Of a DNA stretch of 64,000 nucleotides, positions 26,487 to 34,559 are shown in pieces (position 1 is the first letter of the stretch; the number at the start of each line of letters is the position of its first letter). The stretch comes from a virus. Position numbers and translations under genes: made by a program. The DNA lies in IMG/VR virus record IMGVR_UViG_3300005918_000012; one strand, written 5' to 3'. The notes below the pieces were generated by a model that saw nothing but the letters and a program-made list of their open reading frames with translations, was not told the DNA's origin and ran no database searches.

Positions 26487-29400
26487 ATGGCATTTCCAGG
26501 TAAATCTTATGCTCCTCCGGGAGTTTACACTCAAACATTCTTCGAGAACCCTGTTTCTGGTGCTATCGACAGTTTCAAGATTCCAATTTTTATTGGTGAA
26601 GGAAACGAATTTCTGACACAGCAGAACTTGGAACTTGTCCGAGGTTCGTCCCAAAACGTCGATCAGAAAATCGTCGGTGAAGACGAAGCTGGACGAGCTG
26701 TAGTTGCTATTACCGCAGCTGGTGTTGTAGCCTTGGGTGACTTTGATGGGACTTTGGATAAAATCCAAGTTCGTAAATACCCCATCGTTGATGGTGAAGG
26801 TGTTGGAGCTGCTTCAAACAGCCGTTCGGATGTGATTGTTACCATTAACAACCAGATTACGGTTGTACGGCAGGTAACGGGAGCCACTGGTATTATTCAG
26901 TTAGCTCAAGCACCCTCAGCAACGGATGAAGTTCGAGTAACATACTTCTTCAAACGAACAGATACTCTGGTAACAGATGATGTTAGTGACCAGGTTAATC
27001 CTGATCCTGCAATCGTTCGTAGTGTAATAGGTCTTGCCGATGCAGATTCTCCTGTAGGCCAAGAAGGTTCTGTTGGAGCCTATGCTGTTATAGATTTACA
27101 CGGTGATATTACCAATGCTTCTGGTCAAGTTATCGTTCCGGCCAACAACATTCTGAACTTGACCATTGATGGTGTGAAATATACTATCACCTTGGCTCCA
27201 AGAACAGATTATACGATGGAGCAGATTGCTGCTGCCATCACAGCAGCCGGTAAAGGAACTCTGACAGCCAGTGCTTTCATTAATAATTTCGGTCTTTCTG
27301 CTTTATTGTTGAATGCCGATGGAAGCATCGTAGTGAATGCCGGGGCAGCAAATGCACCATTAGGACTCATAACAGGTTCTGCCGATACCCGAACAATAAC
27401 CTTCTATACCTTCCAAGGTCCCATCGTTGATGGTTCCAATGGTGGTGTGACGACAACCGACTCTGCTAAAGTGGTGGTCAAAGTTAATAACATTCAGGTT
27501 ATCCCGACAGCAGTGAACGGTTCTACTCGGGCAGTTACTTTAGCCTCAGCTCCAAAAGCTGGTGCAACCGTAACCATCCAATACTGGTTCAACGCCTGGC
27601 AGGATACATTTGATTACCTGCAACATAACAGTGTAACTGAGATTACCAGTTGTGGTGTAGCTCCTAATTCCCAGTCTTACATCCAAGATGCTGACTTCGT
27701 GCTTAAAGATGACAAGATCGTCTGGGGTACAGCAGCTCTGATTTCCAGTGGTGTTCATACTACTGGGGCTACGTTATTTGGGGACACTCAGATTACGGCA
27801 ACCTTGATTGACAACAAAACCTTCCTTTCGGCTTGTACCCCAGTTGTACAAAGTAGTGGTGGAATCTCTACTGATAACCGAATGGAGTTTTCCTTGGCTT
27901 TCCAGCCGACTCTTGGTAATGGACGTAACACCCCCTTGGGTCAGAGTCTATTCCAAACAGTTTCCAACGGACGAATTGATATCCCAACCAACCGCCCTGA
28001 CGTGGTGGATGTGTATTGGGGTTATGATATCCAAGATGCTCTCGACAGAGGCAAAGTTGATGTTGACAAAGTGGACGGAATTGTCGTCACTTTGGCTGAG
28101 GCCGTTCCTGCTGGAGCTTCTGTATTTGCTTCGTTCTGGTATAACCTTCTGACAGACAATGAATTCACCGCTGAGTGTGTAAACCCCGGAGCTTCCGGTG
28201 TTGGTACTTACACCATCATTGACAACGGTGACAACGATGTCTACGGAGCTACTTTCAATACCGGTTCAAAGGGAACTTCCTTGAACGGTGTGACTCTTGA
28301 ATTCCCATCAGGCTCAGAACTGACTCCTGATCTTCGTTTTGAAGGCTTGTCAGGTGATGATTTTGTAGGTCCAATCGAAGAAATCGTTACAGTACAGTTT
28401 GCATCTCGTGTGGCTACTCCTGCTAAATGGACGATGCCTGGTTCTGGTCCTTATGAGTTCATCAATGGATACTCGGATCATCTCCGAATCAAACTACATG
28501 CTGCCGATGCTACACCCGCAACAGGTCTGGATTTGGATAATCCTTCCGGACATGATGGTGGGTTCTTTGCTACCTTGATCGGTAGTGAGGTAGATTACAC
28601 TGGCGGATCTGGTGCAACCATTGGTCAAAGTTATTCTTTGGCAGCTGCCGAGGACTTCTACTTGCAGGTTGATGATGCTAACATCTTGGTTAAAACCTCT
28701 GCTACAGTATCTAATGTTGATGTCAGTTATTTTGCTGACGTTATCAATGAAGCTGCTAGTGGGCAACAAGGTCTGGCCGTAGTCGGTGGTGGTTTAAGTA
28801 ACATCATATTGCCTTCTACCGTTTCTGATATTACCTCCGACGTGAACAACTACTATGTTGGTTGGAGAGTGGTTATCGGTACTCACGCTCTCGGTGGTGC
28901 AAGTTCTGGTCAGTTCCGAACTATCACAGCTTATAATGGAGCAACTTCCACAGCTACAGTAGATGCAGCATGGACTGGTGGTGCTACTGTAGTAAATACT
29001 CCTTATTACCTTTACAACCCAGATGCACGATCTACAATGGTTGGTGCAACTGAGTTTAATGGTCCTGTAACAATCACATTAGGCGGTCATGACAAACTGA
29101 ACTTTGCCTTTAGAGGTGATGTAGAATCAATAGCCTTTGAAATTACCTTAGACCCAGGCACTTATGCTACTCCAGTTCTTTTGGCTGCCGAAGTCCAAAC
29201 TCAGATTGATGCTGCACTTACACCCGGAGCAACTGGTGCAAGTGTCGAGTGTACAGCTAATGCTGCTGCCAAGTTGCAGTTTAAACTACAACTTCCAGGT
29301 TTGAATAGTGTTAGTTACTTGCAATTCTTGAACTCCTCTGGCTCCCCAGACGATGATTTTGCAATCCTAGCAGGTTTGGACACAGCCGCATCTTTTGGTG

Positions 29401-31802
29401 GTGGTCAAGCAGCTTTGATTCAAGGTCCTATTGCTCGGTCTTATGTCTGCCCATCTGGTACAGGAGATCGTAAACTCTATGACCGCCTTGTCCTTCGTAA
29501 CAGATTGTTACCTGGTGGCGGACCAAGCAGCAGCATGGATGCTCATGATATTGAAGCTCAAACTGCTCTCCAAGTTCTTACTGGTAATACAAAAGCTGGT
29601 TTAGTATCAGGTGTGTACGGAGAAGCTGCTCGATCAGCAACCGTTCGTCCTGCTACAGTATTTGGTGATGTCGGCCTCACAGGTGATATGGATACCGATG
29701 GTGAACCTCTGGTCACGTTCTACGATGGCACAGGAACACAAGCTGCAAATGACACCTTTAAGTTCGATGTAGATGGAACTCCTGTTGAAGTAGCCTTTGA
29801 TTCTTCAGCTACTGGAGTAACGACAATTACTCCTTTAGGACCAATCTCGGATGACACTTCAATCTTGGGTCAGATCAAAGTGGCTATGGCTGCTGTCCCC
29901 GGAACTCCTTTCGGAACTGCTGCTAACATTGTTAGCACCCTAATCCTTCGTCAAGAAGGTGCTGGTATCCGTCTGACAGGTCTTGAATCCAGCAGCACTG
30001 CCAAGTTGTCTATTGGTAGCAGTAGTGCTAATGGTGTCTTAGGGTTCTCGTCCGGTGCAACTTCTCTCCGTGAGACTGTTTCCGTGAGAACCTTGGCTTC
30101 AGCTTTGATGGCTAACCGAAACAGTAACTTTACAAACTGGCTGATAGATATTGATGCTACTACAGCTTTAACCTTTTCCCTTTATGGTTTGGCTGGTGTT
30201 GAAGAAGATAGTGTTGGTGCAGAATTCTTGTACTTGCAAGATGCTCCTTCACTCATAGCTGAGTTAGGAACTCAATCCTCGATTGAGATCAAGAATACAA
30301 CCGGCCTGATTGATGATGCTTTGGCTTATCATACTGGTCTAAGTGCTAAAGATGGTGACGGAGCTTCGGGTGAACCTGCTCTTGATGGTTTCTTCGTGAA
30401 ATCAAGTGTGAGTGGTGGATCTGGTTCCGTTGATGAATCTCTCCTGAACCCCGCTGCTGATGGAACAGGTCAAGATGGTATCGTTGGTCAAACTTACCGA
30501 GATGAAGTAAGTGGCTTAACTTTCACTCTCCTGCCTCGTGGTTGGAGTACTGATCCAAACGGTCCTTGGCTCCAATACCCAACGGGTGTAAATGCTACTT
30601 TCCGTATCCAATGTGGTAAATCCTTCACAACGGATGCTAACATACCTCATAACTCTGTCAATGGTGTCGAGCTGATTGTAGCTAATACCGTCGGAGTAAC
30701 AACTGAGGATACAGCTCTGGTAGAAACCTTCGAGCGTGGTGGTGAAGAACCTTCAATAGGTGACTTGTACTACACCTCTTATGTGTACCAGAAACAAGAC
30801 TTCAATACGGGATTCTTTAGCAAGATGTCCTCCATTGAAGAAGCCTACGGTACAATCTCGACCGACAATCCTTTGTCTATGGCTTCTGATCTGGCTATCA
30901 TGAATGGTGCTGTCCTCTTAGGGCTGAAACAAGTCCCAAGAGAAACTGGTGAGTCATATGCCAGCTTGACGACCTACAGAGATGCCATCAAAGATTTGGA
31001 AGGCACATTGCCAGGTTACATTAATCCTGACATTATCTGCCCGCTTCGTGGAGACTCAACGGACCTGTATCAATACTTGAAACAGTCCAACGAACTGATG
31101 TCCTCTATCCGATACAAGTCCGAACGGACTTCCATTGTCGGTATGTCGGCAGGAAGCTTACCAGAAGATGCTGGTGATTTGGCTCAGACCTTGGGCAACA
31201 CCCGTATGCGTTTGGTTTATCCTGACATGGCTATCGTTTCAATCACGGATGCTTTGGGTACCAGTCGAGATGAGCTGATGGATGGTCCGATGTTGGCAGC
31301 AATGCTTATTGGTTCTGTCATTAGCCCGAACCTTGATGTGGCAACTCCTTGGACTGGCCGACGTTTGGTTGGTGTCCGACAACTGGGACGTATCTTAGAT
31401 GCCCCTCAACAGAACTTGTTGGCTACTAAAGGTGTCACGATTCTGGAAGATAAACCTCCGTTCATCAGAGTACGTCACGGTTTGACTACTGACATGACGA
31501 ACGTGTTGACCAAGTTGCCGACCATCATCATGATTGCAGATGAAGTCCAACGTCAGTCAAGACAACTTCTGGAGAACTTCGTAGGTATCAAGTTCTTGCC
31601 CGGCGTCCTCTCACAAGTTGAAGGCCGTATGGCAATGCTCTTGAAACAGATGGTGAATGCCAAGATCATAACAGCCTACACAGGTGTTAAGGCAACAACG
31701 GCAGCTGACGACCCTACCGTAGGTGAAGTGTCTGCTTACTACAGCCCAGTATTCCCACTGTTATACTTGGTCTTAACCTTCCACCTCCGTTCCAGCTTGT
31801 AA
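26487..31802 (+). CDS. Tail sheath protein, very large (~1770 aa) with many inserted domains
   Basis: N-terminal 'YAPPGVYTQT'. C-terminal sheath core 'ERTSIVG...RMRLVYPD...DVATPWT...KGVTILE...VRHGLTT...VSAYYSPVFPLLYL'. GAGGT SD before the ATG at 26487. Confidence 0.92.
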   Translation: MAFPGKSYAPPGVYTQTFFENPVSGAIDSFKIPIFIGEGNEFLTQQNLELVRGSSQNVDQKIVGEDEAGRAVVAITAAGVVALGDFDGTLDKIQVRKYPIVDGEGVGAASNSRSDVIVTINNQITVVRQVTGATGIIQLAQAPSATDEVRVTYFFKRTDTLVTDDVSDQVNPDPAIVRSVIGLADADSPVGQEGSVGAYAVIDLHGDITNASGQVIVPANNILNLTIDGVKYTITLAPRTDYTMEQIAAAITAAGKGTLTASAFINNFGLSALLLNADGSIVVNAGAANAPLGLITGSADTRTITFYTFQGPIVDGSNGGVTTTDSAKVVVKVNNIQVIPTAVNGSTRAVTLASAPKAGATVTIQYWFNAWQDTFDYLQHNSVTEITSCGVAPNSQSYIQDADFVLKDDKIVWGTAALISSGVHTTGATLFGDTQITATLIDNKTFLSACTPVVQSSGGISTDNRMEFSLAFQPTLGNGRNTPLGQSLFQTVSNGRIDIPTNRPDVVDVYWGYDIQDALDRGKVDVDKVDGIVVTLAEAVPAGASVFASFWYNLLTDNEFTAECVNPGASGVGTYTIIDNGDNDVYGATFNTGSKGTSLNGVTLEFPSGSELTPDLRFEGLSGDDFVGPIEEIVTVQFASRVATPAKWTMPGSGPYEFINGYSDHLRIKLHAADATPATGLDLDNPSGHDGGFFATLIGSEVDYTGGSGATIGQSYSLAAAEDFYLQVDDANILVKTSATVSNVDVSYFADVINEAASGQQGLAVVGGGLSNIILPSTVSDITSDVNNYYVGWRVVIGTHALGGASSGQFRTITAYNGATSTATVDAAWTGGATVVNTPYYLYNPDARSTMVGATEFNGPVTITLGGHDKLNFAFRGDVESIAFEITLDPGTYATPVLLAAEVQTQIDAALTPGATGASVECTANAAAKLQFKLQLPGLNSVSYLQFLNSSGSPDDDFAILAGLDTAASFGGGQAALIQGPIARSYVCPSGTGDRKLYDRLVLRNRLLPGGGPSSSMDAHDIEAQTALQVLTGNTKAGLVSGVYGEAARSATVRPATVFGDVGLTGDMDTDGEPLVTFYDGTGTQAANDTFKFDVDGTPVEVAFDSSATGVTTITPLGPISDDTSILGQIKVAMAAVPGTPFGTAANIVSTLILRQEGAGIRLTGLESSSTAKLSIGSSSANGVLGFSSGATSLRETVSVRTLASALMANRNSNFTNWLIDIDATTALTFSLYGLAGVEEDSVGAEFLYLQDAPSLIAELGTQSSIEIKNTTGLIDDALAYHTGLSAKDGDGASGEPALDGFFVKSSVSGGSGSVDESLLNPAADGTGQDGIVGQTYRDEVSGLTFTLLPRGWSTDPNGPWLQYPTGVNATFRIQCGKSFTTDANIPHNSVNGVELIVANTVGVTTEDTALVETFERGGEEPSIGDLYYTSYVYQKQDFNTGFFSKMSSIEEAYGTISTDNPLSMASDLAIMNGAVLLGLKQVPRETGESYASLTTYRDAIKDLEGTLPGYINPDIICPLRGDSTDLYQYLKQSNELMSSIRYKSERTSIVGMSAGSLPEDAGDLAQTLGNTRMRLVYPDMAIVSITDALGTSRDELMDGPMLAAMLIGSVISPNLDVATPWTGRRLVGVRQLGRILDAPQQNLLATKGVTILEDKPPFIRVRHGLTTDMTNVLTKLPTIIMIADEVQRQSRQLLENFVGIKFLPGVLSQVEGRMAMLLKQMVNAKIITAYTGVKATTAADDPTVGEVSAYYSPVFPLLYLVLTFHLRSSL

Positions 31803-31843
31803 CCTAATGATTTCAAGCACTTACAAGCTTGAGTAGAAAGTTC

Positions 31844-31886
31844 TTGACAACCTCCTAGGGTCTTGGTAATATGACTCTAGGAGGTT
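31844..31886 (+). promoter_or_regulatory. Sigma70 promoter embedded in an SD-sequestering inverted repeat
   Basis: TTGACA (31844)-17 nt-TAATAT (31867). IR aacctcctagggtc / gactctaggaggtt. Confidence 0.75.
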
Positions 31887-31891
31887 TTCTT

Positions 31892-32017
31892 ATGGGTGGT
31901 CCAAAATCTAAAGCAACACAAGAAGAAATTTCAGCAGCATTTAAAACAGAGGAGCCTTACGATAATGTTGATTATCTGAAAGGTCGGTTGGTTCAGGCTG
32001 GTATTTTAGCTAAATGA
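31892..32017 (+). CDS. Small protein (41 aa, not in ORF track)
   Basis: AGGAGG SD. MGGPKSKATQEEISAAFKTEEPYDNVDYLKGRLVQAGILAK. Confidence 0.65.
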   Translation: MGGPKSKATQEEISAAFKTEEPYDNVDYLKGRLVQAGILAK

Positions 32018-32074
32018 AAATATTTGGCTTAGTTTCTCCCACTTGTGGGTTGTTGAGGTAAGGAGGTATCAATC

Positions 32075-32419
32075 ATGAAAACAAGGATTTTAAGAGCGTA
32101 TAACTCAAAAGGGCATCCTGGACTTTATAAATTACAAGTCTACGGAGGTCTTTGGCCTTTTGCAAAATGGCATACTGTTTATGCTTTTTTTAAGAAGGTA
32201 GATGGAGAATTGAAAACTCAGGTAGTTAAAGAGTGTAATCTGGACACATTACCTACAAAATGGAATGAAGGCCCAGAAGATTACATTTGTGAATTTAGTT
32301 GGTCACAGGTAGTGATGGCAAAAGAGGTCTATTATTTTAAAACAGAAAAAGTTAAAACCAAGAAACTTTATAAGTGGGAACTATTGCAAGAAACTATGAC
32401 TGACCGTAACAACGGCTAA
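32075..32419 (+). CDS. Hypothetical accessory protein
   Basis: Perfect TAAGGAGGT SD. Confidence 0.75.
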   Translation: MKTRILRAYNSKGHPGLYKLQVYGGLWPFAKWHTVYAFFKKVDGELKTQVVKECNLDTLPTKWNEGPEDYICEFSWSQVVMAKEVYYFKTEKVKTKKLYKWELLQETMTDRNNG

Positions 32420-32434
32420 CCGAGAGGCTCAAAC

Positions 32435-32514
32435 AAAAACCCCGACCATTTATTTGATCGGGGTTTTTTTGTTGGCTGGTTGACTCAAATTGAGTTTCTA
32501 GTCAACCAGTCAAC
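32435..32514. terminator. Bidirectional terminator plus a second inverted repeat between convergent genes
   Basis: aaaaaccccga...tcggggttttttt, then gttggctggttgact...agtcaaccagtcaac. Confidence 0.8.
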
Positions 32515-32520
32515 TAGAGT

Positions 32521-34044
32521 TTAACGTCTAATACTACGGAAACCACCAGCTCGTTCGGCATCAGCAATGACTTCTTGTACCAGTTTCAGATGTTCTTTGA
32601 GTCGGTATTCGAGATCTCTGAGGGCTATCTCCTCGTAGGAGTCTGAGCTTCCTTGGCCTAAATACCATAGTGTTTTTTGCGTTTTCAAACTCAAGGGTAA
32701 GATGAGTTGTGTAGGCATGTCTTCAAACTGTTTAGATTTCTTACCAGGGGTAACAACTTTAACAGCAGGGGCAAAGGTTATCGGGGCTTTGACATCCGGG
32801 GCTGAGGTAAAGGTTATTGGAAAAGAAGTTAGTGGCATAACAACTGGTTTGGGTTTCATTTTCTTCGGAGCAACATCAAGGGCTTCCAAATCTTTCAGAA
32901 TGGCATCAACATCAATACTTTCGGTAACAGATGCAACTTCTTGGTCAGAAATAGGTTCTTGATACGGGACAGCTACCCCGTTTGGTTCGTCAAGTTTTAT
33001 AGGGTCAGGTTGTGTTATTTTTTTATAACACAACCCTATTTCTTCTTTAGAAGGCATTAGTAAATCAGACAATTCTTCTTTTCTAAGCCATACTAAGAAT
33101 CGTTTTACTGATGTATAGATAGAATGCATTGTTGATTCGGCATAATCCGGGGAGATGTGTGTAAAAAAGTTCTGGACTGATTCTTTAGTAATATCTTCGG
33201 GTTTCGTTTTCTTACCGACAACGTCTGCAAAATCCTGAATGTGGTTCCCGTGGCTTTTTTGGTGAGTTTTACTTGCACGTTTGATTTTGGGGGGGAGATC
33301 TTTCAGATGTTGTTTTACCGCTGTTTTTAAAGTTTTGGTCAAATTGTCCTCCTTCACCCCATTATCTGTAGGGGTTGCTAGTATTTCTGGGAATTCTAAT
33401 GGGTTAAGGTCACTTGTTTTCGGGATGAGGTTTGAAACATATTCGTATTTTTTAGCACCTTCCATACCTGTATCTTTTATTTTGAGAGAACCTTCAGCCA
33501 AAAGTTGGTCAATCCCTTTTTTGGCATCGGTTTTTGAAACTTGGAAAAAATCCATAACATCCTTTAATGTTGGATATTGAGGATATTTATTGCCAGAGTG
33601 AGCCTGTTGATAACAGTACCGCATGTAATTCCGAACGATACTTTTTTGCCAGTCGTTTTTAAAGTTGGGAGTAAAGGGATCAATACTAGCATACCCACCA
33701 AAACATACTTTTTCAATATGCTCTCTTAATAGGAAACTTGGTTGATATCTAATGACACCAACACCATGTGTTATGTCAAGAAAACCTTTTTGAGTTAAAG
33801 ACTCCAGATATTCTTCTACAGACCCTGTTCTTAATTCTTTAATACGAATAGGGCGGTTCCAATTTTTATTTGCATACTTGGGATCTCTTAAAAACCCTTT
33901 CTGAAAAGCCTCGTTTTTCTTTTCTTTTTCTTTTTTCAAAAAAGAACAGATTTCTACATCTGTCCAGTGGCCGTGAAAGCCATCACCAGCTTGAAGCATA
34001 ACTTTGAAAAGTTCAAATCCGTGTCTGTTTATAACTTTTAACAT
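32521..34044 (-). CDS. Putative DNA-binding protein: winged-HTH-like segments plus an integrase SAM-like (core-binding) domain, with no catalytic domain
   Basis: 'PTLKDVMDFFQVSKTDAKKGIDQLLAEGSL' (wHTH-like) and 'EDITKESVQNFFTHI...AESTMHSIYTSVKRFLVWL' (int SAM-like). Only long minus-strand gene, with AAGGA SD. Confidence 0.6.
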   Translation of the reverse strand: MLKVINRHGFELFKVMLQAGDGFHGHWTDVEICSFLKKEKEKKNEAFQKGFLRDPKYANKNWNRPIRIKELRTGSVEEYLESLTQKGFLDITHGVGVIRYQPSFLLREHIEKVCFGGYASIDPFTPNFKNDWQKSIVRNYMRYCYQQAHSGNKYPQYPTLKDVMDFFQVSKTDAKKGIDQLLAEGSLKIKDTGMEGAKKYEYVSNLIPKTSDLNPLEFPEILATPTDNGVKEDNLTKTLKTAVKQHLKDLPPKIKRASKTHQKSHGNHIQDFADVVGKKTKPEDITKESVQNFFTHISPDYAESTMHSIYTSVKRFLVWLRKEELSDLLMPSKEEIGLCYKKITQPDPIKLDEPNGVAVPYQEPISDQEVASVTESIDVDAILKDLEALDVAPKKMKPKPVVMPLTSFPITFTSAPDVKAPITFAPAVKVVTPGKKSKQFEDMPTQLILPLSLKTQKTLWYLGQGSSDSYEEIALRDLEYRLKEHLKLVQEVIADAERAGGFRSIRR

Positions 34045-34114
34045 CTCTATCCTTTCGAGTTCCTGTTTCTTATTTTCTTATACCCTCTTTTTTCATTTTT
34101 ATTTAAAACAGCAC

Positions 34115-34142
34115 TTGACAGTGGCATTTTGATGGGTATAAT
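34115..34142 (+). promoter_or_regulatory. Sigma70 promoter of the MerR-VIT operon
   Basis: TTGACA-16 nt-TATAAT. Confidence 0.75.
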
Positions 34143-34160
34143 AAGAAGCATGAAAGGAGT

Positions 34161-34556
34161 ATGCCGATGAAATATACTATGAGTGAGTTAGCGGAAAGAT
34201 CCGGGGTGACAGCCAGAACGATCCGCTACTGGATTGGAGAGGGTCTCCTGAAAGGTCCTTTGGGTGGTAAAGGGCATGGAGCCTATTACACTGACGACCA
34301 TTTGAAGCGTCTCCAAACTATTCAAGAAATGAAAAATGGCCAAGGAGATCAGGAAGGGATGACTTTGAGGGATATCAAGTCTACTCAAGATGGTTGCAGT
34401 AATCTTGAGTTCAAAGTTACTCGTCCGACACACATTTGCCCTATGGATGGGGTAGACCTAATAATTGCTGAGAATATTCCGTTACATTACCGACGTGCTT
34501 TTATCCAAGCTATAGTTAATGTAGCCAATTCTATTACAAACAGACGAAGGAGTTAA
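34161..34556 (+). CDS. MerR-family HTH protein
   Basis: YTMSELAERSGVTARTIRYWIGEGLL...YYTDDHLKRLQTIQEMK...GMTLRDIK. Confidence 0.9.
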   Translation: MPMKYTMSELAERSGVTARTIRYWIGEGLLKGPLGGKGHGAYYTDDHLKRLQTIQEMKNGQGDQEGMTLRDIKSTQDGCSNLEFKVTRPTHICPMDGVDLIIAENIPLHYRRAFIQAIVNVANSITNRRRS

Positions 34557-34559
34557 GAG

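Noticed and set aside
32521-34044. Functional integrase / prophage boundary
   Set aside because: No catalytic tyrosine-recombinase domain or att-like repeat was seen, and phage structural genes continue on both sides.
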